Below are positions 25,689-37,575 of a stretch of 61,857 nucleotides of DNA, in pieces. The DNA comes from Folioceros fuciformis (Eukaryota), in NCBI GenBank assembly GCA_049999805.1, contig JBNGIO010005482.1:1-61857 (forward strand). The letters run 5' to 3'. The translations under genes were made by a program, and so were the position numbers. The notes beneath the pieces are model-generated. The model worked only from the letters and a program-made list of their open reading frames with translations. It did not search any database and was not told where the DNA came from. Position 1 is the stretch's first letter. The number at the start of each line of letters is the position of its first letter.

Positions 25689-28035
25689 AGTTTTGTATTT
25701 GAAGCTTGGCACTGCTGGAGGGGCGTATTCGGGAAGAGGTTTGTAGGAGAACGTGTTGATTCTTCCATGTCCACTACAATTTTGAGCCTCGCAAGTGGAG
25801 CCTCTCGGTGGACACGCAATTGTAAAACTTCGATTCTTGGTCGCCACCCATGACGTGTATGGATGGTTGGTGGCCCATTCTTTTACATATGTAATGTAAT
25901 GTAATGTATTGCGAATCTGTTTTCTCACTTGAGCTGCGCATGGGAGCAGGAGGTGATGTGGTTTACTGTCAGCTGTCTGCGGAAGAGATGATGGACCACG
26001 GAAAGGCTAGGCTGCAATACAAGTGCTTCACTGCAGCAGCACAGGGGTACGAAGAATCTCATCTGATTTCAGTCTCGGTCGAAGTGTCTTCTCCCACGTG
26101 TACATCTGTGTGGTGGGTACCCATCTCGGCTGCATACCGCACCTGGTCGGTGATGGGGGTGGTTTGCTTGTGTGTTTGAACTTTGCTTGGCCTGGGCCTG
26201 TTTCCCGTGTGCGTCGTCCTGGACTGGACTGAAGTGGTTGTTTTTTTTGTTTTTGTTAAGCATGTCGTTTGTGTTTGGTTAGAGAAAAGTGGCAGTGCTG
26301 GATGTGTGATAGCTTCCTTGTCTTTCCCGCGGCAAAAGAGCCCTTTTGGTTATACAGCATGTAACTTGTGTGGCAGTCTCATGATGAGCGGCTACTACGG
26401 GTATTCATCCGGGTGGTGCTCGTCTTATCGCCTTCCGTCATAGCCGCTTGCTTCTTGATCTTGGAACAACCCCAAGGCGTCCAGGTGCCCAGGAGCCCTG
26501 CCCTGACTGCGTCTGCGTTTGAACTTCACACTGTACTTTTGCATGCATCTGGATCTGGTACGTGACCTAAATCCATGCGCTTCATCACCCCGCCATTTCC
26601 TACTACTAAGCTTCAACGGTAGACTAGGGCATTTGCTGTTCTGTTGCCATCAGGGAGGGTGTAGATGTGTACCACGTGATCACTTGGAGCTCCCTGTCTG
26701 GCCCACTTTCTCCAAGCCCTCCAAGGTTAGTAGGTTGGTCTGCTGTGCCAACTAGAAGCACGGGCATCCACGGGCGACCTGCAAATGCTTTGTGAGATTC
26801 CCCTCTGCTACATGGCAGCTGGCATCCCCGCAACCCTTCCTTGCTTCTGTTGCTCGTTTCTTTCTTTTCCTTCCTTCTCTTCCTTCTCTTCCTTCTCCTG
26901 TTTTCTGGGTTGTCGTAGATTTTGGCGTCAGCCTTCCATCCTTGCCTGGCCTGGCCTGACCTGACCTGACCTGACCTCGCCTCATCATCAGCCAGCTCTC
27001 GTCTCGGTAAATTTCGTGCTTTTTTTTACTTGGCTTTGCATCAATTGGGTCTTCCATGGAGCCTGCGTCTCACCCCACAGCTCCCATGTACGGAACGTGC
27101 AGTGCCGAAGTAGTCGTTGGGCGGGTCAGTCGTCACCAGCCTTCTCTTCCACGCGGCTGTTCACGGGGATCTCGTACACAACATACATACATACATACAT
27201 ACATAACTGGCTCCAAACCAATTATGTGTCTGTGTACTATGTATGCAGTAGCTGAGGTTTTGCATTGCGGATAAGATAAATCCGCCAGCGTGTTCCGAAC
27301 CTTTTTCTGACTATGCATATCCACGTCTGGACACGGGATCCGAACGTCGCCGTTTCGAGACTGTACCTCTCCTGGCGAAATGGCGTTACTTCAACTTCCC
27401 CGGGCCAACCCTTTCGCCGTACCTGATGTCGTACCTAGCAGGTCTGTGGGAGAGAGGTTAGGCCCATGTTTTCCTCTCACTAGAGATCCATACCAAAACG
27501 GAGTTTAAGGTTGATCTTCTCCTCCATAACAAAGTACATATTCATTTGCATAACAGAAGATTTTATTCTTGTTTATGATGTTGGCTAGTTATATCTTGTC
27601 ATTGTTATGCGGGTTGAGCCAACCCATTAAAAGAGACAAGAACAAAGGGAGCTAGCCGGGTGGATGCCTATGTTCAAACTTTATATATGCATATAATCAT
27701 AAACTTTAGTTCTTATAAAATTCATGTTTATATTATTTTTTAAAAATATTATAGCTATAATAAATTATTATTACTTGTAATATAATATTATTTTAATTGA
27801 TAATTTAATTTACTTTAATGATTTTAAATAAATTTTATAATAAATGGGAAGGAGGAAAAAAGAAAAGGTTAGAATGCAGTACCCTTTGCCCACTTGATAC
27901 ACCCTCCATATGAGCTTAAGAAACACATAGTAAGTTGAACCCGAAGTAAGCCACATTAATACTAGGTAATGGGCAAGTTTCACTACTTTAGAAAAGTTAG
28001 TTCTAAAGCAAAGAATTTTTTTTTTTGTTTTCTTT

Positions 28036-28446
28036 TCATGTGTGATATCTTCCTGTAGTCTTCTTCTTAGGTGGAGGTGTGGAACTACTCAAAGAACTTT
28101 GTGTTATTTTCTTGCCCATGTAAAACTGTGGCATTATTCGCACATTTTCTTGACCAAATTCTTTGATGTACATTTCCAATAANNNNNNNNNNTCCAATAA
28201 GCTTTTGGGAAACTTAACAAGAAGATCCCAATACGAAATCCAGTCTTGTCGCTCTAGGCTCTCTCCTGGTATAGCATCCCATCTTACTAAAAAATCAGTG
28301 AACAAGTACTTACTCAATGCCTTTGTTCTATGTGTGATTATTCTATCAGGAGGTGCAACTTGTTCCATACTTGGGTTAAGATTAAGACCAAAAGGTTCAT
28401 CAACTTGAATTATTTTAGATGGATGCTTATCTAACTCACTCATCAT
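28036..28446 (-). CDS. Small protein with a chromodomain-like segment
   Basis: PDRIITHRTKALSKYLFTDFLVRWDAIPGESLERQDWISYWDLLVKFPKSLL resembles chromodomains (xxIxxxR...FLVxW...W...FP); basic C-terminal PPPKKK could be an NLS; spans a 10-N gap. Confidence 0.5.
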   Translation of the reverse strand: MMSELDKHPSKIIQVDEPFGLNLNPSMEQVAPPDRIITHRTKALSKYLFTDFLVRWDAIPGESLERQDWISYWDLLVKFPKSLLXXXXLLEMYIKEFGQENVRIMPQFYMGKKITQSSLSSSTPPPKKKTTGRYHT

Positions 28447-28797
28447 GATTCCAGCCAATGCATACCCTTTTCTATGAAAAAATTGTACTCATAGATTAGC
28501 TTGTGACCTGACCTCTCAACATATGCACCAGACATATGAAACGTTAATTTTCATGTCCTGTAATAGACTTCAAAAATCAACATTAGGCTTGTGATTTGTG
28601 ATTAGGCTTGTGATTTGTGACTAGTGATTACGTTTATGTGTATTTTTCTAAAAGTAAAAAAATATCATTTTAGAATTTCATCATCCTTTGCAAGCAAATA
28701 GTTTAAGAAACTTATATTCTAACAAAATTTTAAAACAAGTATTGTATTTACTTGGAGTTTAGAATAAACAATTCAAGAACTCATAGGCACATCTCTA

Positions 28798-29655
28798 ATG
28801 TCGGAGTTTGGAGAGAATATGCTGCAAAATACAGCACATGTGCCATTCTTAAAGGAGTATGTTTTGAAGAGGTTAACTAATCAGGTGACTGGTGAACAAT
28901 CAAGTTACCCTATTTTACGTCCATGGCCACGAGGTACTATAAACTTACTCCTTCATCTTAACCTTAATATGATGCATGAATTTGCACTACAATGCAATGA
29001 AGAAATATAGTGAAAAAAGTCATTCAAATATTTTTTTAAAAAATTATTATTATTATTATTATTCTTATTCTAGAAATAAATAACAAATAATTTGGTGGAT
29101 ATTAGGGCACTGATTTTATTTGGCATTCCACAGGGTCTATGGTGTTGAAAAAACATCAAAGCACGACACGAAGTGATCCTCGATTAATTGTTGACATTAA
29201 TTGGTCCATAGACCCTAATACTATATGGCGGGAGCTGCATCCCAACACAAGAGAGGTATTTATTTAAAGTAATAATAATGGTAATAAGAGTAGGGTGTGA
29301 TTTACAAACTTATTAACGACTAGTTTTGTTTTAGGTTAAGTATTATGTATTTGCAGGTAAGAGGTGGTCTGTTGTAAATCCTTTTAATTTCAAAAATAGC
29401 GTACAATTAAAAGAATCAGTGGAATATATTCTCTCGCAATTGATAAAATTTTACTTGGAGGATTACATACTACGAGGTTACACATTCGGAGACAACAATG
29501 CATTGGAGGAGGACCATATTTTAAACTATGGAGAGAAAGATATATACATAAGTTGTCAAGCAAAACCCGAATCGTTGTATATTTATTTTTTCTTCGAAGC
29601 GCTCGGCGCTTATGAAAATTATCCTTTTCAAGAAAAAGATCACGAAGGTGGTTAA
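28798..29655 (+). CDS. Orphan 3-exon gene, 192 aa (exons 28798-28933, 29134-29255, 29335-29655)
   Basis: Two AT-rich GT-AG introns with matching phases (1 and 0) join three stop-free segments from ATG to TAA. Confidence 0.55.
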
Positions 29656-29840
29656 GTGGATGTTGTTTAAGCACATAAGCAACGGAAGATCCATATATCC
29701 TCCACTTGAAGCAACCAACATGTTTGGACATACAAACATAAGACTGGTTCTTAAGCATGTTCTTTTCTAAGCATTGTTGTTGTTGTTGTTGCATTTTGTT
29801 AAAAATGTGTTTGTAGCTCATGTAGGAGTAATCTTACAAG

Positions 29841-30524
29841 GTGGGTGACCTTGGCATCACAGGTGTGTTTATTGTAAGAGAGCTTCTAGAAGATGGAGTG
29901 GACGTTGGATTTACGAACAAGCGGCATGTGATTACCTTATACTATGGTGAACGAACAGCAATGGAGAGGATTAATGAGAAACGACAAGTGGTTTGGACGT
30001 GGATGTTTGCTATAGACCCACGAGAAGGCTTTTTGGATCCTCCTTGTACTCGGGCTACTGAGCATCCTACTTCTTATAGAGTTGTGGAAGGAGAAGGGGG
30101 TCCGTTTCTCGAAATGCTCTACACTGATCAGACGATGGCAGTCATTATACAACGGATTCTAGGTGAAGGAGGACCTTTTCTTATAGCTTATCCCCAGTAT
30201 CCTAGGGCTGGATTAGCTAAGATCTTACCACAAATGGTGAGTCTTATCATTTCTATTTGGGTTCATAATGTGGGTTCACAAACATTTCGCATGCAGTTGC
30301 ATACTGGGCGATATGTGTTCTCCTTTGATAAACCGCATCCCAAGGCTTGGATGATCGTCGAAGTGAAGACATATAGTCGTTGTAGTGCAATGCATCCTTG
30401 GTCAATCAGTGATCTTCAAGAAACTCTTCGTATAGCTCCTGCTGGATCCAATCCAGAAGATGACCAACATCTTAGAGACAGAGTTAGTAGAAAGCTTGAA
30501 TATGTCATAGAAGAGGTTGATTAA
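29841..30524 (+). CDS. Orphan ORF of ~227 aa (true start or upstream exon unresolved)
   Basis: Long open frame in AT-rich DNA with protein-like composition; internal GEGGPFL repeated twice. Confidence 0.5.
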   Translation: MGDLGITGVFIVRELLEDGVDVGFTNKRHVITLYYGERTAMERINEKRQVVWTWMFAIDPREGFLDPPCTRATEHPTSYRVVEGEGGPFLEMLYTDQTMAVIIQRILGEGGPFLIAYPQYPRAGLAKILPQMVSLIISIWVHNVGSQTFRMQLHTGRYVFSFDKPHPKAWMIVEVKTYSRCSAMHPWSISDLQETLRIAPAGSNPEDDQHLRDRVSRKLEYVIEEVD

Positions 30525-30832
30525 ATTTTGGAACCACACATCACTGAATTATGAACAATGTGTGTCAACATACAAGCTATAGCTGTATTGTTCTTTGTTT
30601 CACTTGATTCCTTCTTGTTTTTTCTTTCCATTGCTTGAATTTGCATGCTTAAATTCTTCGTGAGCTTAAAAGAGAGAAGAAGAGCTATTAAAAAAAGTGT
30701 AGAACATAACATCACACTCAAAACATGTTGATAATCCCTATGGTCACAAACATGAAATCCAAAATGCTTGTTTACTTCGTCTTGAAGTCCCCTCAATCTT
30801 GCTTGGAGAAGGTCCACTTCATCACCCAACAA
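30521..30832 (-). CDS. Small orphan ORF with one predicted transmembrane helix
   Basis: VLSVMLCSTLFLIALLLSF hydrophobic stretch; the stop overlaps the opposite ORF's stop in TTAA at 30521-30524; start is TTG only. Confidence 0.35.
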   Translation of the reverse strand: MLGDEVDLLQARLRGLQDEVNKHFGFHVCDHRDYQHVLSVMLCSTLFLIALLLSFKLTKNLSMQIQAMERKNKKESSETKNNTAIACMLTHIVHNSVMCGSKI

Positions 30833-32477
30833 AATTACATCAAAGACCTATTGCAAGCTTAGGGCATCCAACCATGCAAGTAAGCTAGTTTCTTGGAATG
30901 CAAATTTTTTACATGAAAAAAAGTAAACGTCTACTCTAGAAGGTATAGGAGGAGTTTCCCACAATGGTTTAAACAACCACAATGGTTTAAACAACTCAAC
31001 ATGTTGAAGAAAGCGTATTAGCAGAATTGTGTAGCATGAAAGGGATAGGAAGCATCAAAATCACAATGGTTAACAAAACCACTCTTCCATGTTTATAAGA
31101 TCAACCCTATTTTTCCCAAAGATTCATAGATGATTCATAGAGAAGACTACAATGACTCAACATTGCTTAACATACTCAAGTTGTAAGTTGTTTTAAAGAG
31201 AATTATACATATTTCTTTTAAATTAAATTTATTTAATGAGACAGAGAATTTCTCACATCTGATGCTCACAAGACTCAAGAAATATTATAGCACAAGAGAA
31301 TTAATCAACTAAGATGTTTAAATACCAAGATAATATAGAACTGAAAAAGCATTCATTGTGATTAAATTATATCAAATATATAAGAAAAAAAAGCTTGTAT
31401 ATATTTTGTTTGTTGAGGCAAATCTCTCTTTTGCTCCATGGATAGCATGCTGGAGAGCATAAAATAATATACAGATATAAATTATAGTATATAGGAAAAT
31501 ATATATGTATATAATTTCAGCATTTGTTTTTTGCTATTGGATCTCTTTTTGTACGTAAGTTTTATCAAGATTTCGGGTCCTCCGTCAGGAATATTTATTC
31601 CGCCTCGTAAGCTCAGCCGAGGATAGATAATGTGGGAAACCGGTTATACGATTATGGGCGAATGGGGAGGACGGCCCGTGATGACAGGAAGTTACGCCGC
31701 CGCGGTTTCGCCGATTCGCCGATTCGCCGATCGAGGTCCAAGATGGCAAGAGGGCAACGGGCGGACCAGACGACGTGGCTTTGGCACCAGCCGACATCCC
31801 ACGTGGCACCGAAGTGTCATGCAGGATCCATTGCCCGTCAGTGGCCAAATGTTGGAGGCCGCCTGCTCTGTCTCTTGTCGATCTGCTCTCCGGGGACGGA
31901 CATCGCCCAACACCGAAGACGGACATCGCGGAAGGCCAAAGATTGCGCTTGGACGATGGAACCGTGGAGAATGGATTCGCCTCCCGCACAGTGGGCTTGA
32001 TTTCGGCAGGAAGGTTGTGTCGTTGCAGTTTGTGTATGGAATTGCGTCGAGCTGTGACCTGACATTGCAATTTGCGCCAGAAGTGGTATGTGTGAAGGAG
32101 GGAGATTGCGCTTTGTTATTTCCTTTCTCGGATTGGCGTCTTGTGTGGTGTGAAGAGCGTTGGATGGACTGGCGTCTGACAGTACTGTGTGTTTTTCTCG
32201 TTTGGCGGTAGTCTGAGGTTTTTGCATTGGATGTGTGTTCGGAAATTGGCTGTGGCTGTGGCTGTGCCTGTGCCTGTGTTGACCTAGGTCTCACCGTTGT
32301 AGTACTGCTGTGACCGCAGTTGGGAAGGTTTGTTGGTTACTTGTTTCGTTTGTAGCTGCTGAAGCTGAGGGTTCAGAGGGGAGCTGAGCTGAGGTTAGGG
32401 GAGTACCGGTGCGTGTTAGTGTGCGGTGAGGAGGCGCAGATCGGGTGGAGAACTGGAGGTTGTTTGGGGAGGGAGGG

Positions 32478-34987
32478 ATGGAGTGTTTGCGCATGAGCAT
32501 GGTGGTGCCTCCGGCCTCCTCCTTGCATGGGGAATTGGCGGGCCAGGGAGTTGGGAGTAGCCTGTGCTTGTTTCCCTCAAAGAAAGCCCGAGGGGGCTGC
32601 CTCTCGAAATGCCGCCTTGTGCAGCCTGCGGCAGTGGCTCGCAAAGACGGGGTAAGTGGCAATGATGCGGGATTTGGGAGGCCGGAAATGGCGGGTGTTG
32701 TGGAGGAGCCTTACTGGCCTGTTAAGGCTGCAACTCTGGAGGCCCTGGAGGTGGACACAGTTGCGGAAGCGGTGATGAGGGAGAACGGGTACCGGAGTAC
32801 CAGGAGGACCAAGCTTGTGTGCACGATTGGGCCTGCTTCATGTAGTTTCGACCAGCTCACGGCTTTGGCCGTAGGAGGCATGAACGTTGCTAGGCTCAAT
32901 ATGTGCCATGGTACTCGAGCGTGGCATTTGGAGGTGATCCAGAAAATTCGAAGGCTGAATGACGAAAAGGGCTTCTCGGTGGCCGTGATGGTAGACACGG
33001 AAGGAACTGAAATTCACATGGGAGACTTGGGGGGCGCGTCGTCTGCGAAAGCTGAGGTCACCACTGCGCAGCCCACTGTGCGCTCGCTTAAACGTCCTTG
33101 CTGTTTCTCATCTGGTTGTGAGTATTGAATTTTGCATGTGCCTTCCTCAGGAGGGTGAGGAGTGGACGTTCACAGTCCGTGGTCAGGAAACAGCCTCCCC
33201 TCGAACTATTTACGTAAATTATGAAGCATTTGCAGAAGGTGAGAAGCTGTAGTCACTACAGTCGTCAGTCGAAGATTAGACTTCTTTTCCTTTCTGGTGC
33301 ACAGTTGTTGTATCCGCCGTGGAAGTTGAGCGGGGTGGCGTTGTGACAAACGGCGTGATACTGTGATGCATAGCTGCTCTCATTGGGGACGAGGTGGTCG
33401 TGGATGGCGGAATGGCGAGGTTTGAAGTCTTTGATAAGATTGGACCAGATGTGAAGTGCCGAGTTAGTGATCATGGTTTGCTCTTGCCTAGAGCAAATCT
33501 GACGTTTTGGAGAAATGGCCATTTAGTCCATGATCGAAACGACATGCTTCCGACACTGTCATCCAAGGTATGCTCTTGTGCATTCGGTGACACAATGTCT
33601 GCCAGTAATTTTTTTCCTACCGTTTACCTTGACTGCCGATTGGACCTGATGTTACCGTTATACTAGTTACTCTTACCAGGAACTCCTTCCCTTGCAACAA
33701 CACTGGGATATTCTGCTGCCAACAGATCTGAGTATCGTTTGAGCCTGACTTTTCAAGTTGCTTCTCGCTGTCCAGGACTGGCTGGACATCGATTTCGCTA
33801 TCGCCGAAAAAGTGGACTTCATTGCCATATCTTTTGTTAAGTCAGCTGATGTTGTTAAGCATCTTAAAAGCTACATTGCTGCTCGCTCTGCTGAAGGGTA
33901 CGAGTTGTCTTGGTTGTGTGCTTGGTAGGTGCCATATGGCAGATGCAAAGAACACTACTGACATTAAAACTTGGCAAGCTTCTTTCATCTGCAGGTCTAT
34001 CGGCGTTTTTGCAAAACTGGAAAGCGGTGAATCATTAAGGAACTTGGAAGAAATTATCCAATTTTCCGACGGAGCCATGGTGGCCAGAGGAGACTTAGGA
34101 GCTCAGATTCCGCTTGAAATGGTTCCTTCCGTACAGCAAGAGATAGTGCGGATATGCCGGGAGCTGAACAAGCCTGTGATTGTGGCTTCACAGCTTCTGG
34201 ACTCGATGATTGAATACCCAACACCTACTAGGGCTGAGGTATGTTACATGACATCATCTGCTCAAAAGGTACTTTCGGAAGGTGAAGCTTGGCCGATTGG
34301 TGTGGTAACTTGCACGTTTGTTTTGTCCTACTTCTCGTGTCAGGTTGCGGATGTGTCCGATGCGGTCAGACAGCGTGCGGACGCCTTGATGCTCTCAGGA
34401 GAATCCGCGATGGGTCTTTTTCCAGAGAAGGCACTGAGTGTTCTACGAACCGTGAGCCTCCGAATGGAGCAGAGCTGCCGTGAACAGAAGCACTTCGAGT
34501 CTCTCCACCTTCCCGAATTATCGACTACATGGACCGAACGAGTATCGGAGCAAATATGCACCTCAGCTGCCCTCATGGGTGAGTCCGTGTCTTAAGCGCA
34601 AATGTTGGTCATTGCGCTGTCGTGTTTATCATACATGACGAGTTGTTCCTGGCTGTGACAGCCAACACGCTGGACGTAGATGCCATCTTCGTGTACACGA
34701 GGAGAGGCTACATGGCCTCTCTCCTGTCCAGATGTCGTCCCGACTGTCCCATTTTTGCCTTCACCGAATCCAAGAGCGTCCGGCAGCGACTCAACATTCA
34801 ATGGGGCCTCATTCCTTTCCGCCTGGATTTCTCCGAGAACATGGAGGACAGCCTTCAGCGAACCTTCGCCTTGCTCACGTCCCGAGGGATGATCAAATCC
34901 GGAGACTTGGTCATTGCCGTGTCCGACATCTCCCCACCCTGTCAAGCAGAGATGCTGCAGTCAATCCAGGTCCGCAGGGTCCCTTGA
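32478..34987 (+). CDS. PKP1: Plastidial pyruvate kinase alpha-type subunit, multi-exon
   Basis: [116 protein letters not shown]-terminal transit-like extension. Confidence 0.95.
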
Positions 34988-36264
34988 ACATCGCTGGCGC
35001 TACCATATTTTATTGTTCCTCCGAGCCTCGCTTAGGCTGCAAGCTCGGGGGAGATGGAGTTAAATATTATGTATTTATCAACGAACGGTTTTCCCGCAAG
35101 GCGGTCTTGTACAGTGTGAAGAAAGTCCGCAAACCCCAGCTCCTCAAGTGCCGGGATCTTTATCATCACATGCGTCGTATCATACTGTCTGGTAATGTCA
35201 GTCTGCTCGATCGACTGGCATATTATCCATACTTTCTTTCTGTGGTAATGTCAGTCTGCTCAATCCACTTGCTTATCCACAAAGTTGCACGGCGCAAGTT
35301 GCACTGCAGAGCTCTTCGCACATTGTCCCATACTTTCTATTTTACAATAGATCTCCTCTGGCTATGGTGACCGTATAGAAAATATTAACCCATACTGTCA
35401 TTGAAATGGACGTGCCCATGACGATCTCTACTAAGAAAGTCGTTCCTTTGATGCGAAGCCGGCCTCCTTTTGACGAAGAGTACGAGTGTTCGAGATGGTC
35501 GACAGCTTGGGAACGACCCCTACAGTGCGCTTGGGCCGGTGCAGCTGCACTACCTTTCTGCTGGGAGAAGAGATGTCGGTCGTCACAGAAGGATTGTATT
35601 TGCACGGCCCGCACCCACGAAGAAGTTAACAGTGAACGCGATCCCTACCATGACAAAGTTGACATGATTTCCCAAGGGATTTCCCTCACGTCATCACCAA
35701 TTTCCAGGTCGTTATGGCCCTGGGTTGTGAGGGTTTGATCCTCTGGACTGGGCTGCACTGGGCACCAATGTGAGAAGCTCTTTTTCCGAAGCAAAACGCG
35801 TTTGACGGTTGAGAACAAGAGGAGGCGTCAACTCGGGTCCCACAGGACAGGGTTGTGCTGAGGAGGACATTTGCTGTGGCACAGCTCGCAGGCTATTTTC
35901 ACATAAGCACCTGGGCTCTGGGCCTGGGATATAAGCAACGTCTCTTCGCTGTCCTGTGACGCCGCCGGGAGGACTGGGTCGTCCCCGGACTCGCGCTGAC
36001 CCGAATCCGCACCCATAAAACAATGTGATCCACCTGCTTCTTTCAGCCCAATCCCGAGCCCGATTCTTCTCAACGCCTCCGCCTTCTACTTTCGTGTTGT
36101 CAATATCGCTTCGCCATCCGATTCTTCGTTGTCATCTCACTCCCGCTTCCAGGCCGCGGCTTCCAGATCTCCAACTTCGATTGCCATTCGGATAGCCTGC
36201 CGCATTGCGTTGGTGTTTGAGCAGTACATCACTCCAGCGCAGAAGAAGAAGCTGGTAGTCCGTC

Positions 36265-37575
36265 ATGGCGGGCGTTCGGGACCGTGCAGCTGTGGGCCTC
36301 TCGCTCCTCCTGCTTCTGGTGATGAGTGCGGCGCTGGCTCCGGTAGCAGAGGGGCGTGGCGGATCATCCGGACCCTCCTTTCCCCGTGGCCTGAACCCGA
36401 ACTTCTACAAGAGGTCGTGCCCTCAGTACTACTCGATTGTACAGACAAGCATCGAAAGGTGGATGGCTCTGGATGTGCAGAATGCTGCCCACCTGCTCCG
36501 TCTCCTCTTTCACGATGCCGTGGTCAATGTATGTACTCTACTATCGCCATGACCAGCGCATGTGTGGCCTTGAAGGAGCGCCCACGCAGGCCGGCCTGGG
36601 GCTCGCTGGGCTGCATTCTTCCCTTAGGATGGTCGGGAATTGCTCACCACGTGTGGTGTTGGTGTTTGAAAATGACAGGGGGTCGACGCCTCCATCATGA
36701 TCGACAGCACTCCTACCAACAGCGGTGAACGGGATGCGCTTCCCAACAGGTCTCTTCTCGGATTCAACATCGTCGACGACATCAAGCAGCAACTAGAGGC
36801 AGCTTGCCCCGGAACGGTCTCCTGTGCCGACATCCTGGTCACCAGTGTCAGAGACGCCATCGTCAAGGTAAACCTGGGCGGCCCACCCTTTCTCACGCCG
36901 TACAGAAATGCTTGCTGGGTGTCGTGAAATCTTCTCATTGCCGTTTCCTGTATCCGAATCCAGAGAGGCGCACCCTTCTACCCCACGTACCTGGGCCGGA
37001 GGGACGGCTTGATCAGCGCCGTAGGCCCGGCCACCACCAACAACCCCTCCCCCAACCTGTTCGTCGACGGCGTGCTGGCCTCCTTCGCCGGAATCGGGCT
37101 CGGGACGCCGGACGCCGTGGCTCTCTCTGGCGCCCACACCATCGGGAAGGGCGTTTGCGGCGCTCTCAGGAGGAGGCTAACCAACTTCAATGGGACAGGC
37201 CAGGCAGACCCAACAATCCCCGCTGACTACCTGCAGGAGCTTCTGGCCGAGTGCGCCGACCTCTCCTTCCGTGCCGACATGGACCCCCTGTCGCCCACCG
37301 TGTTCGACAACAAGTACTACGTCAACCTGCTGAACAGCAAGGGCTTCTTCGTCTCCGATCAGTACCTCGTCTTCGACCCCCGCACCAAGCCCTTCGTCAC
37401 GAAGTTCGCCTTCAGCCAGCGTGCCTTCTTCGCTCAGTTCAGGTCCTCCATCTTCAAGCTCAGCAACGTGGGAGTTCTCACCGGCGCACAGGGTGAAATC
37501 AGGACCAACTGCCACGTTGTCAACTCTGCTGCTTCTTCTTCTGCTCCCACTCCCGCTCCCGCTCCCGCTCGCTGA
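36265..37575 (+). CDS. Class III secretory peroxidase, paralog A (exons 36265-36528, 36679-36867, 36964-37575)
   Basis: Signal peptide, [57 protein letters not shown]. Confidence 0.95.

Larger units (their letters stand above)
27481..31547. mobile_element. AT-rich island of unknown origin carrying orphan ORFs (possible DNA element or viral-derived insert)
   Basis: Abrupt, visible compositional shift from the flanks; four ORFs or genes unlike the neighbours; short imperfect inverted repeat at the edges. No transposase seen. Confidence 0.4.

Noticed and set aside
25900-27330. Short ORFs downstream of the ATX gene
   Set aside because: No recognisable motif; includes simple repeats such as (CCTGA)n and (CATA)n.
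8651-34987. Apparent cluster of plastid and transcription genes (PPR, sigma factor, PKP1, AC40, cyclin H, ATX)
   Set aside because: No shared pathway or motif seen; expected by chance in a compact genome.
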